Source: Octopus bimaculoides
Taxonomy: Eukaryota
DNA: 64,000 nucleotides
Direction of reading: 5' to 3'
Assembly: GCF_001194135.2 (NCBI RefSeq)
Contig: NC_069001.1
Coordinates: 39,599,125-39,663,124 of the forward strand
Positions 28,340 through 41,698 of the stretch are shown piece by piece; position 1 is the stretch's first letter; each line of letters begins with the position of its first letter. The notes below the pieces were generated by a model that did no database searches, was not told the origin of the DNA, and saw only the letters and a list, made by a program, of their open reading frames with translations. The position numbers and the translations under genes were made by a program.

Positions 28340-28860
28340 TCCATACACAATTATATCTGACACAAAGAAAGTTAAATACAAACAAAGACAAATTTATATG
28401 TAGAGACATACCTAGATATTAAAACAGGTGTATCTTGAACCAATCACAGCTATTTATGGACATGCGCACAGTTATATCTAGACATATACCTAGCTTATTT
28501 ACAGAAATACTGTTATACGCTGGCATCTACATAGCTATATCTAGACACAATCACAGTCATATCTTGAGACACAGCTATTTACAGAAATAAACACAGTTAT
28601 ATCTAGAGATGTGTCCAGACATAAACACTGTTATATCTTGACACACTTGTATGCCAACACAAACTGCTATGAGGTTCGCAAACTGAAGTAAACTTCTTCA
28701 CCAAATTATTCCGTCTGTACTCACGGTACATGTATATGTAGACACAGTTACATCAGAACACAAACAGTTATATCTCAGATGCACTTATACCTAGACAGAA
28801 ACACTGTTGTATCTCAACAGAAGTACATATAGACTCAGTTCAATCTAGACGAAAAGGCAG
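28340..28860. repeat. Highly degenerate minisatellite with core cacagttatatctagac
   Basis: More than ten variants of (a)cac(a/t)g(t/c)tat(a/t)t(c/t)(t/a)(a/g)ga at irregular spacing. Confidence 0.6.
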
Positions 28861-31742
28861 TAACAAGTGATACAATATTGGCTCGAGCAAATATTTATTT
28901 TTTACTCTGTAATTACTGACTTCCAATTGTTGAATAAGAATGAAATCTCAACAAAGAACAAATCATAAATTTAAAAACTAAGAATCAATAACTGCTGCTA
29001 AAGAAACATTTTTCCTTGTTTGTTTTTCTTTAATTAATTTAGTGTCAATTTTTACTCCAATTCATTTTTCTTCATTTTTTTTTTTATTTCTATTTTGTTT
29101 GATGTGAAATTTTTCATTTCTTTATTTTCAAAACAAATGACAAGAAAATCAATTCACTTTGGTTTGAAGTAGAAGTTGTCATACGAAAACACAATCTATA
29201 CAAATGCGGCAATGGGATTAGTATTGCTGATAACAAGGGATTAAATTTTTCATAGGTACAAGCAGAGGAGTTATGTGCTTCAGAAATTTACTTCAATTTG
29301 CAACCTCATGGCCACTGGTTCAATTCCATGATGCATCCTTTGGGAACTACTGTGGAATTTACTGAATGGAAACTGTAAAAATTCATTACACACACACATT
29401 AATGAATACATATTTACATATATACGCATATGTATATAAATGTAAATGAGTAGCATAAGATATAGATTTAGAGACTCGTGTGACCGTCACAGTAAGCTCC
29501 TCTTATGGACTTGGCTATCAATCCACATAGTAATCCATTACAAAGTAGTGTAATGTCAAGTATCCATATAACTGAAAATCCAGAAAATCCAAGCAACAAA
29601 ATTATTCTGTGAGGAGACAAGACAAAAAAAATACAAAAACTAAGTAAAGATAAGATAACAGTTAAAAATAAAATACATAAAAAATATAAGCTAACTGGAC
29701 AAAATTATTTGCTTATATTTTTATATATTTTATATTTATTTCATTTTATCTATTATCATTATCTCTTGTTTACTTTTTCTTGTTATCTCGTTTAAATTAA
29801 GGATGGTAAATTCCTCAATTCCTGTCTAGCAATTTAACTCGATTTGATATGAGGCTGTTTGTATGTGAAGTAAATCTTTTCTCTGGTAATAGCATGGAGC
29901 CTAGCACAGCCTCCTGTCTTCCTTGCTGTATGTGGCCAAGCATTATTCTGATGCAAGAACACCATTTCGGCTCAAAATTTCTGGAATTACTTTTGACACC
30001 AGTTTATGCTTATTGTCCGATCCCCACAGACTGCATTAATGTTCCTCACACTTTCTGCTGTGTTGTGGCCTTTATTGAACTCATAAAGCAAAATATGCTC
30101 CTTTGTCACTTACATTATAGCTTTGAAAAAATACTGTTAGAATCAAAATGCACTCTTCAAAACTTGCACTAAGAATAAGGACAAGGTGAAATTACTACCT
30201 GCTTTTATAGCAAGTGGATGCAGGTAGTTTATCCCATTCTCCTCTACTTTTTAGTTCATGCAATTGAAAAAATCGCATTATTTATGGGATGACCCAATAA
30301 AAGATTATATATGTTTTATATATCAGGTGTCGTGGGTGTATACACGTGATGCTATGACTATGTATGTGATGGTCATGAGTGTATATACTCATGATGTTGT
30401 GATGAGTGTATATAGAGGATGCTATCAAGTCTCTATCTGGTGCTATGACGAAGGTAATGTTCTGGACTAGATACCGTATGTTGCAACATATTGTGATGAA
30501 GGGCTTTGGGCCTTAAAAGAGGGCCTCAGAGAAAAGTCAGGCAACCAAGAACAGTATGGAATAGGAAATATAAAAGGATGATGATGATTACGATGATGAT
30601 GGCGATGACGATGATGATGGCAGGGGTAGCATATGATGACAGTGTTTTCAAAGTTCAACACTGAAGAATGTGATTTTTATGTCAAAATAATTATTTCATT
30701 AGAAATGAGGGAAAAAAAGCTACTCTAATCCGACTTCATTTAGCAGCAACTCTTAAATCTATGTTAAATATTTATATATTCAAAACTATTTACTGTGTTT
30801 TGAAACAACTTCAGTCATCAAAGATTGAAATAAGTTGTTAGCATTTTTCAGTAACTTCATCGACCAGGGAACAGCAAACTAAACATTTCTAACCATAAAT
30901 TGATAAGATGATGTGAGGAGAAAAAGAAGAAGAGAGTGGTCTTGAAAATGATATCGACTAAACATGAGTAACACTTCCTTGATGGTTGTGTTGACGAGAT
31001 AAGAGAAAGTGTGAATTGTAAAATATTCTATTGACTGCATAGATATATTGTCTGGTTGAGAAAATATGTAAAGGGTTTGCAGAGTGTTTTGTGGATGCAT
31101 GTAAATATTTAGAAAATTCTAACCTCAATTGCTATTGATTAATTGAGGCAGTGTTGTAGAAATGTGAGTAAAATGTGCTCATCTTTCACATCAATAAAGA
31201 TATACGACACAAGCTGTTGCCTCGGCTGCCTTCAGAAGCATCAATCATGTAAATCATTGCTAATGGTTGCTGCAGTAAAAGAAGAAGAAGACGACGACGA
31301 CACTTTCTTCCTCCAAGCATTGTATATATTAGGAAAAGTGACTTTTTTTTTTCTTTCTTATTTACATTTTATTTTCTGTTTTGTGTACAGAATAAATTTA
31401 CTTTCACAGTGTCTTTCTTCTAATTAAAAAAAAAACTCCAGCATTACCAAATTAGGGAATTAAGAATTAGCAGGTAGTTTCCTGTTCGAAACCAATCTTA
31501 ACTACTTTGATTGACCTTGTAATTAAGTGCAAAATTTTGAAATTCGTTTCACTTTTAATTTTCATGCAAGGTTTACCACTGCACCCGCTGGGTGGAAATT
31601 TAGAATTCAGTGAAGCACGAAGACAGAAACTAGTATCACAATCCAAGCTAGCTTCTTAAAATCTCATTATTACCACTGATTCACTGACAACAATTCTCTT
31701 CTGTGCTGCAAACAAACAACATCCGACAGCTCTCTCTCTTTC

Positions 31743-31773
<31 letters not shown>

Positions 31774-32469
31774 CTCTCTCTCTCATATTCTCAAGCTGAA
31801 TACTTTCACATTCTCTTCTTCCACAAATTGATTTTTAACAAAAGCACAAAACCTGAAAATTTTGGGGAGGAAGAAACCACCTTGATAATATAAACTCCCA
31901 GTACATCACTGGTACTTTATTTTATTGACTCTGGAAGGATGAAAGATGCAGTGCCCTCCAAAGGATATGATCTTAAAAAAAATAAAGGGCCTTAGCTAAA
32001 TATTTTGTCTGATGCTCCAATGATTCTGCCTATCCACCCCTATCTATCCCTACCACTCTACCTCGACCCCAATCCACCCCTATACCCACTATCTGTATCA
32101 ACCCAAATATATTGTCATATAAAACCCCTGTTGTAAACCATAAAGTTCCACTCCTTGACACCTGTCATTTCTTGATTATAAAAATTTATCATTTCTTCTC
32201 CCTCCCCCCCCCCTCACCCACAACTCCCTACTATTCTTCAAACTTTTATCTGAATTTTTCTTAGAATTTGGGCTTATTATTTTTTTTAATTTGGAAGTAC
32301 AGNNNNNNNNNNNNNNNNNNNNNNNNNNNNNNNNNNNNNNNNNNNNNNNNNNNNNNNNNNNNNNNNNNNNNNNNNNNNNNNNNNNNNNNNATTTGTTCGC
32401 CTTTTTCACTGACCGAAGATCAGGGGGTGGAAGTCACCAGATGGACTAATTGTTTAATAAAGAATAACC

Positions 32470-32815
32470 TATTTACCTAGATTTTAACATCATCGCCTTC
32501 AAAATAGTTACCTTGCACAGCAATACACCGGTTCCAGTTTTCCTGCTACTTTTGGCATCTGGCCTGGAAGTTGTTTTCTGTGAGTTGAGCACCTTCTGCG
32601 ATTCACTCTTGATCTCAACAGCAGAGTTAAAACGGTGACTTTTGAGCTGCCATTTTCATCTTGGGGGAAGAAATGGAAGTCTGCAGGTGCTATATCTGGC
32701 GAACAGGGGGACAGGTGTGGAAGTGATGCCATATTGTTTTTGGCAAGAAACTCATGAGGGGGGGGGGAGCAGAGCTCAGTGACAAGAATCCCATTCTTCG
32801 TGGACATTAGGATTG
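32470..32815 (-). pseudogene. Mariner transposase C-terminal fragment
   Basis: EFLAKNNMASLPHLSPCSPDIAPADFHFFP is the mariner (P)YSPDLAPxD motif; it is followed by frameshifted ...KGHRF... helix region. Confidence 0.8.
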
Positions 32816-33589
32816 CCTGCACTGACCGACCCCATACAACAGACCAACAGCATCAGCGATGTTAATGATTGTCCTCCACTGATCCTTATGCACAAGCTGA
32901 ATCTCCCTGAGAACTAAGTTAAGAGTACACTTCTCTGTGGGATACTCAGCCACCTGCATGTTAATTTCGCAAGCAAGTTGGTCCATTTATCAAATCAACT
33001 GGAACCAATAGCATGCCAGACTTTCAATAGAAGCAACATTAAGATGCATTTCTAGATACATCCAGGAGTCGTGGAGTAAGGAAGGATCTTCTTAGAAATA
33101 AAAGATTTCTAATACGTTTCAGTTCTACATAGAGGCAGAGATGTGTCTGTGTGGTTAATATGTTCAATTCAAAGCAATGTACTTTTGAGTTCAATCCCAG
33201 TAAACAGCACTTTAGGCAAATATCTTTTGTTATAGCTTCTGGTCAACTGAAGCCTTTTCATTTAAATTTGCTGAACAGAAACTGTGGCAGTTTGTGAAGA
33301 AGGGGTCAGTTGTTGTGATGGACTTCATCCTTTGCCTTAAACCCCCCCCCCCTCTGGTGCTTTCGAAAGCCTTGGCTGCACAAATTTACATGAAATCACA
33401 AAACAATAAAGAAAACCATAGAATTATGAAGTAATGTTCAATACTTTGTTATAATTGGGGTTGCTTAAATATGTTTTCCTCCAGGAGAATGTGTTACCCG
33501 CTTCAAACAATTGTAAAAGAAAATGACATGTCATCATTATTGAAATTGTTGTTGATTGGTTCCTGATCAACAATTACTGAGTTGACTTA

Positions 33590-33770
33590 TGTTCAAAATC
33601 ATTCCAACCAGGACCATCCTATTTTGGGTCTTTTTAGTCAGAGTACACCTAGGACTACATTATCCAATGTTTTCTTTTAACATTTTAAGGTAATGGAGAG
33701 TAAATGTAGAAGAGATTTAGCTGCTATTTTTCACAGGTCAAATGACCACATACCGGATCCCCTCATTAGT
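33590..33770. repeat. Dispersed repeat family D (gaccatcc...ggactacattatccaatg...gatttggctgctatttctagcaggtc..gaccacatagagg)
   Basis: The same motif blocks recur at ~510-545, 11380-11520, 34930-35090, 36630-36680, 37065-37110 and 55540-55690. Confidence 0.6.
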
Positions 33771-34037
33771 TCCTAACACCTGATGGTGTTGCTGTTGTTG
33801 TTGTTGCTAATATTCTTGTTGCTGCTGTCGCAGTTGTTTCTATTGTTTTATTTGTTATTTATTGATTAACTTTTTTATTGTTTGCTCCAGGGTGGCAAGG
33901 ATGTGTGTAGGGGGGGGGGCATCAGCAGTTTATTAATTTACTAAATGCAATTAGTCGACATGATATTGGATTGGTTTACACTTTGGACATCTAAAATATC
34001 CAAACTGTACATAACAATATCCATTAAGGCACATGTA

Positions 34038-34094
<57 letters not shown>

Positions 34095-34269
34095 GTTCTG
34101 TCAAGTAATGATCATATATATATCTACCTACCTTCACGCAACCTATATACATCTTCATCATTTATGTCCCCTTGAAAAGCATAAATGATGACAATGTATA
34201 GGTATGTGTGTTGCATTAGTTTGTATCAAAATGTCCAGAACTTTCCATAAAATAAAGCAAAAATTTCCC

Positions 34270-34800
34270 AAAGCATTTCATTTCCAGTGCCACCCTTCTC
34301 TTCTTCCGGGTGGCTGTCAACTGCCAAGCAGCTTCCTATACCCAAAATCTACCATCTTCTGTAAAAGTTGTGACCACCACCACCCACTTGTGCAGCAAGC
34401 TCATGGGTTGTGACTTGTCTGTCCACTTGAATCATTTTGTCCACTCGCTGGCAATTCAAGCCAGTGGTCACAGTTGATTGTCTCCCACTGCATAGATTGT
34501 CTTCAATGCCGGTTGATTCTTCCTCTTTAAACTTCCTCATTCATCTGTGCATATTGCTGTTATGAGTTGTGCCATCTTTATAAACAATCTGTAGCCATCT
34601 GTGAAAACTGAACGACCCACAACCCTCCTATATTGAGAATTCTGTGGCAAAACCTATTGTTTGCACCGAATGACAAAGAACAAGAAGAATAGTTATAAGG
34701 GCAGAGTGTCACTCTCCCTCAAAGGGGAATTTCAATGACTAATATCAGTTAATAAAAAGAGCTAGGCCCACTTTTGTATTGATTTTGGTTCAACCCTCTT
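34270..34800 (-). pseudogene. Mariner transposase N-terminal (HTH) fragment with probable 5' terminus
   Basis: RKFKEEESTGIEDNLCSGRQSTV...RVDKMIQVDRQVTTHELAAQVG matches the mariner HTH linker (D..RSGRP...DRR.T..ELA). A TIR-like AAGAGGGTTGAACCAAAATCAATACAAAAG lies at ~34771-34800 on the minus strand. Confidence 0.7.
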
Positions 34801-35604
34801 GGGTGGGTGGGTGTGTATCCTTCCTACCCTTACCTCTTTGTATCAATTTCTCTTTCTCTCTTTCTCTCTCTTTCTCTCTCTTTATTTTGCTCACTCTTTC
34901 CATTTTTCCCTGTATTTAATGTTCATTAACCACAGACTGACTCTGATTAAGCAGACCTATGATCGGACAGTCTAACCATGACCACTCCTTCTAAAACAAT
35001 ATTACTTAATATGTCCTTCCTTTTCTAACAACAATAAAGAGCAGGTCTGCTGGTATTTGAGCAACCACATAGAGGCTCCTTCATTCTCTCAAGTAGACTT
35101 GTCCCATGGCTTTGGTCTCTCGATGGTGTTTATTACTGAAAAGCTGGCACCCAACAGAACACTGGAGTCTGCTTATGTTCAGAGCCATCAATATGGTAAA
35201 CCACAGAGAGATTAATTAGAATCTTCGTTAGCTCTGTTCTGAATTGTTCTGTTGCTGTTTGATCGGCACGGTGTTTATGAGGCTCCATTCATTAATGGTC
35301 GGCTTTAATTGTAGACGAGAAATTATACAAAACTAATTAGGAAGACAATAAAAGCCTAAACAAATTGGGCAAAGCTGGCAATGCCCTCACTCTTGATGTT
35401 GTTCGTATGTCGAACCTGATTAAAAAATAGATGATTGGTTGGCATTAAGTGTTCTGGAGGTTTTTATGATGATGAACTGGAGTGATATGGATTGGGTGGA
35501 AGGGGGGCAGGGAGGATTTATCAATAATCAATAATAACTTACTTCAAAATATTGGTTGTCAGAGTTTTGTTAGTAATTTAAGGGGTCGGGAACATTGGAT
35601 GTTT

Positions 35605-35790
35605 GTCTTTTACTTGTTTCAGGCATTAGACTGTGGCCATACAAGGGCACCACCTTTAAAGGGTTTAATCGAATTGACCCCAGTACTTACTTTTAAGTCT
35701 AGTATTTATTCTATCAGCCTCTTTTGTATTGAACCATTAAGTTATGAGGATGTAAACAAACCAACATCGGATGTCAAGCAGTGGTGAAGG
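35605..35790 (-). mobile_element. Dispersed SINE-like family C
   Basis: Shared core ttttacttgtttcag.cat..gactg.ggccatgctgg.gcacc.c on the plus strand. Other copies at ~40995-41100, 42015-42050, 45285-45378, 50380-50570 and 63680-63790. Orientation is inferred. Confidence 0.65.
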
Positions 35791-35904
35791 ACAAATATGA
35801 CATACACATAAACACCCACACACACATACACCCCCCACACACATGTACATATATAAGCATATGTATACAAGGAACATGAACTTCAATGATGATGATGATG
35901 ATAT

Positions 35905-35944
<40 letters not shown>

Positions 35945-36149
35945 ACATATATTGACAGAATGTTTTGCAGTATTTTGTCCATCTTTACATTCTGAGTTCA
36001 AATCCAGCCTCAGTTGACTTTGCCTTTCATCCTTTCAAGGTCAATAGAATAAGGACCAGTTGAGCTCTGGGGGCGATATCATCAATTTTATCCCCTCTTT
36101 TGAACCTGTTGGTTTTGTACTGATATATATATATATATATATATATATA

Positions 36150-36303
36150 ACAGGCTTCTTTCAGTTTCTGTCTATCAAATCTGCTCAGAGGGGGCTTTGG
36201 TCAATCCAGGACTAGAGTAGAAGACACTTGTCCAAGGAGTCCTGCAGTGAGACTGAACCCAAGATCACATGGTTGGGAAGCAAGCTTCCTAACTGCACAG
36301 CCA
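36150..36303 (-). mobile_element. tRNA-derived SINE, family B
   Basis: Minus strand: ggctgtgcagttaggaagcttgcttcccaaccatgtgatcttgggttcagtctcactg..ccttggacaagtgtcttctac..gatttgatagacagaaactgaaagaagcc. Other copies at ~560-700, 16040-16170, 16395-16530, 33145-33290, 44365-44500, 48465-48615 and 50235-50310. Confidence 0.8.
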
Positions 36304-38340
36304 AACCCTAGCCCAGCTTAAATCCAGTGCAACTGATGTATGATGAAAGACATTCCATCCATGGCCATCACGTTCTGTTAGGAATATCCACATAGCTGTG
36401 TCCTTCAGAAGAAAGAAAGCTTAGCAAACTCAGGAATACCACTTCCAGGAGATTCTTCCTTTGACTCCCCAGAAATTTTTCTGATGATTCAAAAGGGAGT
36501 CTTCTAAAATGGCCTCCCCCAGATTTATTTTTTTATTCATGTCACTATTGCTCTATCACCAATATTGAGTACTTTAAAACCATTGGTGTCAGTAAATTGT
36601 ACAAGTATTAATAAAATGTAATTTGAGGGAAGTTTAACTGTTATTTCTAGCACGTTGCATGTCCTCATAGAAGTTCTCTTGGAAAGGGTAAATAATAAAG
36701 AGAATTATTCCTAGTATTTCATTGCCTCCCCCCCTTTGATTCTTTAGAATTTCCAATCTGCCACAGCTGCTTCTACCTAATTATGTAGGGGGGTTGCATA
36801 AATTACTTTTGTACTTAATTAAAAAGCAATTGCCAATTAGGTTTGTAGGTACAAAAATGTTGTATTAAAATAGACTTTTTTATTAATATTATTACATCAA
36901 GATGTTGCTGCATTGTTTAGCCCAATGTCAGCTCAAATCGGAAGACAATCCAACCGTGACCATCCCATCTAGTTTTGTTTTGCTGACACATTCCACTGGG
37001 AACCAAATTATTCAATGTGTTATTCTCTCTTTTAAAAGACAGTATATTGTATATTGAAAGAGATTTATTTGCCATTTCTAGCAAGTCAAGCCACCACATA
37101 GAGGTTCTAACTCCAGCTTGACAAATTCCATGTTTCATGGGAGGTTTCCACTTTAAAACTGGAGATTTAACAATTTTAGGGTCTCGGGTGTTAGTAGCCA
37201 GAATTTCAGAGTGAAGAAAATATTTTTTTTTTATCTCTTTTACATGACTTCGGCAAAAAAGGGCAACATGCATGATTCTTTTAAAAGTCTCTATTACTTG
37301 TAGGAGGAAGGTATCTTGAGACCAGGGACCTCATCTGAATGTTTGCACGTAAGGAGACTCTGTTAAAGGGAGTAGATGGTGATGCTAAACTGGGCAAAGG
37401 ATTAGTCAGTCCCCCCCCCACCCCAATATAAGGACAGTCACTCTCTAAAGAGTTTCAGAACCACCAACCAAGTTGTAGGATTAAGAAGATCCCTTCAGAA
37501 AGGCAAAGTTGACCCCAGCGGAATTTGAACTGAGAACTTTATATTAACAACAATAAACAACCACTTAACATCCGAATGAAATGCAGAAAAGAGAAAATAT
37601 TTACATATCATATCCTCCATAATAAACCGCAGATAAACCAATTCTTAATCTCCCTTTATTCCCTAATCACCAAATATTTATACATTCTTAATAAGGACCT
37701 TAACAAGTAGGTTTCATAGAATTCTTCCCATAAAATTTTCATAAAAGCTTTCCTTTAAAAAAAAAAATCGCCTCCTCTACAGAATTTATTCCATGGAAAT
37801 TTTTATATCTTTCTATATATTTTCCCCATTGTTATGTGGCTGCCAAATTTAGAAGCAATAATTCCCACCATGTTTTATATATATAATCACATGATTTGGT
37901 GTGTATACAAGACATCATGTAATATTATTATTGCCAGTCACTTGAGAATCAAGTATGAGCAACTCCGAATAGAAACTCATAAAGACTTAGCTTTGAATAA
38001 ATATTATCAACAAATATACACATGCTTGTATACATTCACACACATTTATGTATGTGTGTGTGTATATAATCGAAATGATCTCATAATGCAGGGAAATAAG
38101 TGCATAATCAAGTACCTGCATGCCTGGAGAACGTGGAAACAATTGTAGTGATTAAAAACTAAATGTCCAATCGTACTCCTTCTTGTTGACTCCAATGTCT
38201 TCAGTTATCTATTCACACATGACAGACACCCAAACGCAACCTAGAAGTACATATAATACTACTACTGGACAGCAAAAGGTGAAATCTGAAGGTGAACGAG
38301 CCCTATACTGCACTCTACTACGTTCTTAGCAGAATATACC

Positions 38341-38382
<42 letters not shown>

Positions 38383-38734
38383 TACCAATTAAGCATTTGT
38401 AGAAAAACAAACTAAAATACTGATGTTTTTTGAGAAAGTTTCTTCTAATATTTGTTCTGCATTGAGTGACAGGTACTCCCTTGTCACTCTCAGTATCAGA
38501 AATGCACTGAACTGGTGATTGATCTATTGGAGACTAGTAATCAATATTGTTTATTGATCATCAGTTGTGATATAAATAAATAAAGAAAGAAATGTGATAT
38601 TTGTTTTGCCAAGTTCATATAAAAACATCATATTTGACCCTTTTTATCTCAACAAATTTCAGAAATAAAGAATTCCCTTTTGTATTTTTTAAATACTGTC
38701 TTTACATTCTCAGTTCAAATTCCACCAAATATCA

Positions 38735-39230
38735 AACTAATTGAGGGTCTAGCCAACACAGTTGATAGCAACATTATAAACAAGGCATGAAGACAGGGAA
38801 AGCCCCTGGACCATCAAGAATCACTACCGAGACGATTAAAATTTCTGGTGGCATTGGATACAGTTTAGTCTCCCATATAGTTAATCAGGTTATTCAGGAA
38901 GGCACCATCCACGATGACTGGTTTAATAGTATGATAGTTAGCTGTTAGAAGGGTAAAGGTGATGTCTTAGATAGAAACAACTACAGAGGTATTAAATTGC
39001 TAGACCAAGTCATGGAAGTTTTTGAGAGGGTTATAACTCAATTGATTAGAAATGGAATTAAACTAAGATGCAGTTTACTTTTGTACCTGGGAAGAGTACC
39101 TTAGATGCCATCTTCCTAGTGTGACAGCTGCAGGAAAAGTTCTTGACCAAAAGTAAGCCATTGTACTTAGCCTTTGTTCCCTGCTCTGTTATATGGTGGT
39201 CTCTAAGGAAGTTAGGAGTAGAGGAGTGGT
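38735..39230 (+). pseudogene. Decayed RTE-clade reverse transcriptase fragment (N-terminal RT motifs)
   Basis: By-eye translation across stops and frameshifts: MKTGKAPGPS...WFNSMIVSC*KGKGDVLDRNNYRGIKLLDQVMEVFERVI...QF..VPGKSTLDAIFLV*QLQEKFLTKSKPLYLAF. Confidence 0.8.
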
Positions 39231-39782
39231 GCTCTCAGTAAGATGAGAGTTGGCCATGAATACACTATGCCCAGCTCTCACTCCCCAATTGTGTTCCCTC
39301 TGTATCATTGCTATCCCTCTCCCTTGTAAGTATGCCTGGCACTTTGCCACCATCTCTATTCTGCTCTCTCTCTCTCTCTCTCTCTCTCCCCTCAGGTTGG
39401 GTAACTATGTATTTCCTTTGCAGCAGTGCACCTATTTCTGCCTTCATTCCTGATCTTTCTCTCTCTCTCAGCAAGACACCTGTTTCTATCTCTCTGCCTC
39501 ACTATAACCTTTCATCATCCAACACATGATCATGTCCTCCAATGTCCCCCACCCTCCTGAATGTTTTTTTGTTTGTCTTTCAAGTCACTTGGGTGCCACT
39601 TAAAAGCACCCGGTCCACACTGTGAAGTGGTCGGTGTTTGGAAGGGCATCCAGCTGTAAAAAACCTGCCAAAACAGTTACAGAGGTCTGGTGCAGGCTTC
39701 TGCCTGGCCAGTTCTTGTCAAACCGTCCCACCCACACCAGCATGGAAGGCAAACGTTAAATGATGAGGATTATTATTATTAA

Positions 39783-40020
39783 GACGATGAGCTGGCAGAA
39801 TCATCAGCACACTGGGCAAAATACCTAGCAGCATTTTGTCCGTCTTTATATTCTGAGTTCAAATTCCACTGAAGCCAACTTTGCTTTCGATCCTTTTGGG
39901 GTCAATAAAATAAGTACCAGCTGTGTACTGGGGGGTCTACGTAATCAACTTACCCCCACTTGTGAACTTCCAGGCCTTGTGCCAAAATTTAGAACCGTTT
40001 GTTATTATTATTATTATTAT
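39783..40020 (+). mobile_element. SINE family A copy followed by an (ATT)n tail
   Basis: gacgatgagctggcagaatcatcagc...ttctgagttcaaattccact..aataagtaccagc..ggccttgtgccaaaatttagaacc. Further degraded copies at ~25200-25330, 31850-32030, 35960-36120, 50900-51010, 54900-55140 and 57290-57540. Confidence 0.8.
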
Positions 40021-40119
40021 CATCATCTGTGCCTAATGAATGAGATTTAAAAACAAGGGAAACAAATGGTACATTTGCATTTGGCCATTTCTGCTATTTT
40101 TGAAGAACAAAAAATAAAA

Positions 40120-40163
<44 letters not shown>

Positions 40164-40641
40164 AAAATGTACCGAGTATCAACTGGTTGCATTTCACTGC
40201 TGTTGTTTAGTATGCTAAGTCTTCTATACGGAAAATATTGATTAGTGTTTCACTAGTATATATCGGTAGCGATATTAGTAGTAGCTGCATTACTGCTCAA
40301 TGTTGCAGTATTCCACTTAAAACATACAAAAACAATAATGTACAGATTGTTGTCGGTTGTTTTTTTATATTTTCATTTTCTCTCCTTTTTTTTTTTTTTT
40401 TAACGCTTTCGTAGTAGTAGAGTCGTCAAAACTGACACTAGTTGAACTACTGTAACGGAATGAAGCAGTTCAATATTGTAATCGTTGCTTATTTCCAACT
40501 CTATCTGGGGGTTTCCAAGCTGGGAGTGAGGAGGTGGTGACCTATATTAAGTCATGAAATCATTCTGTAAAGGTTGTGGAAAGTTGACCTTTTTACTTCT
40601 GGAATATTTGATTAAAATGGAAAGATGTTTGTACCAAGAAA

Positions 40642-40689
<48 letters not shown>

Positions 40690-41107
40690 AAAATATAAAG
40701 GAAGAAAGAGAATAAAGACAGGAGATTGGTGGGATTATGTTGGTGATATGAGATGTGAGGATATCACACTGCTGGCTTTTATCTAATAAACATGGGTTGA
40801 TATCATTACAACAATGTTATACAAGACACCACAATGTTGCCATCAGCTCATGGATTCTTTCATAATTACCAGTTCCTAGGAAGGAAGTCTCTCTGTTATT
40901 GTTCTCCCCAGCTAGAAGCAACAACCAAATCATATTCTACTCTTCCAAACAAAAAAAATTTTTTAAAGCATGGAAGAATATTATTTATAATTTTGGTCTT
41001 TTACTTGTTTCATCTCTTGAACACTATGACCATGCTGGGGCACCACCTTAGTGGCTCTAGTGATCCTATTGGCAACTTATCAATCTCTGCTTATTGAGCC
41101 ACAAGCA

Positions 41108-41157
<50 letters not shown>

Positions 41158-41360
41158 GCATATATATATCGTCAGTAAATCATAAATCCGAAAGGGAAGC
41201 ACAGCTCCAGGTTATAGAGCAGTAGAGTACTTAAAGAAAGATACTTATGGCTGGTCAATGGGTCTACAGCACTTAGCTTTACATACGTCTCATCAGACAT
41301 TGATGGTCATTCGCTTACAACCTCTATTTTCAAGAGAGGTTATTGGCCACCAGCCATTAA

Positions 41361-41418
41361 GGTCTGATGAGACGTATGTAAAGCCATGCTCTTTATGGAT
41401 GCGAAACCCTGGGTAACC
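41361..41418 (+). ncRNA. Second, unrelated type I hammerhead-like motif
   Basis: GGT-CTGATGA-[GACGTATGTAAAG ccatgct CTTTATGGATGC]-GAAAC-CCTGG-GTA-ACC. Core CUGAUGA/GAAAC, GUA cleavage triplet, long imperfect stem II, near-palindromic stem III ACCCTGGGT, but stem I is only 3 bp (GGT/ACC). Confidence 0.5.
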
Positions 41419-41433
41419 CAAAGAGAGAGAGAG

Positions 41434-41470
<37 letters not shown>

Positions 41471-41652
41471 CTTCTGAACTATCAGATTTTACTTACAAAG
41501 CAGACTTGGAGCTGTGGTAGAAGACACCCAAATCATTGCTGAGGCTAAACAAACAACATACAAGTTTATAATACAGTTCTATATTTAAGAGATGAGGAAT
41601 TATGTACATTATTTACATTTGATGGATATTTGTCCTCATCTTGTTTGCTGTT

Positions 41653-41698
41653 AACACAACATTTCGGTTGATATACCCTCCAGCCTTCATCAGGTGCC
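41653..41698 (-). ncRNA. Minimal type I hammerhead ribozyme motif (inverted partner copy)
   Basis: Minus strand reads GGCAC-CTGATGA-A-GGCTG-gagggtatat-CAACC-GAAA-T-GTT-GTGTT. Same fold as the + copy, with one mismatch in stem II. Confidence 0.6.
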
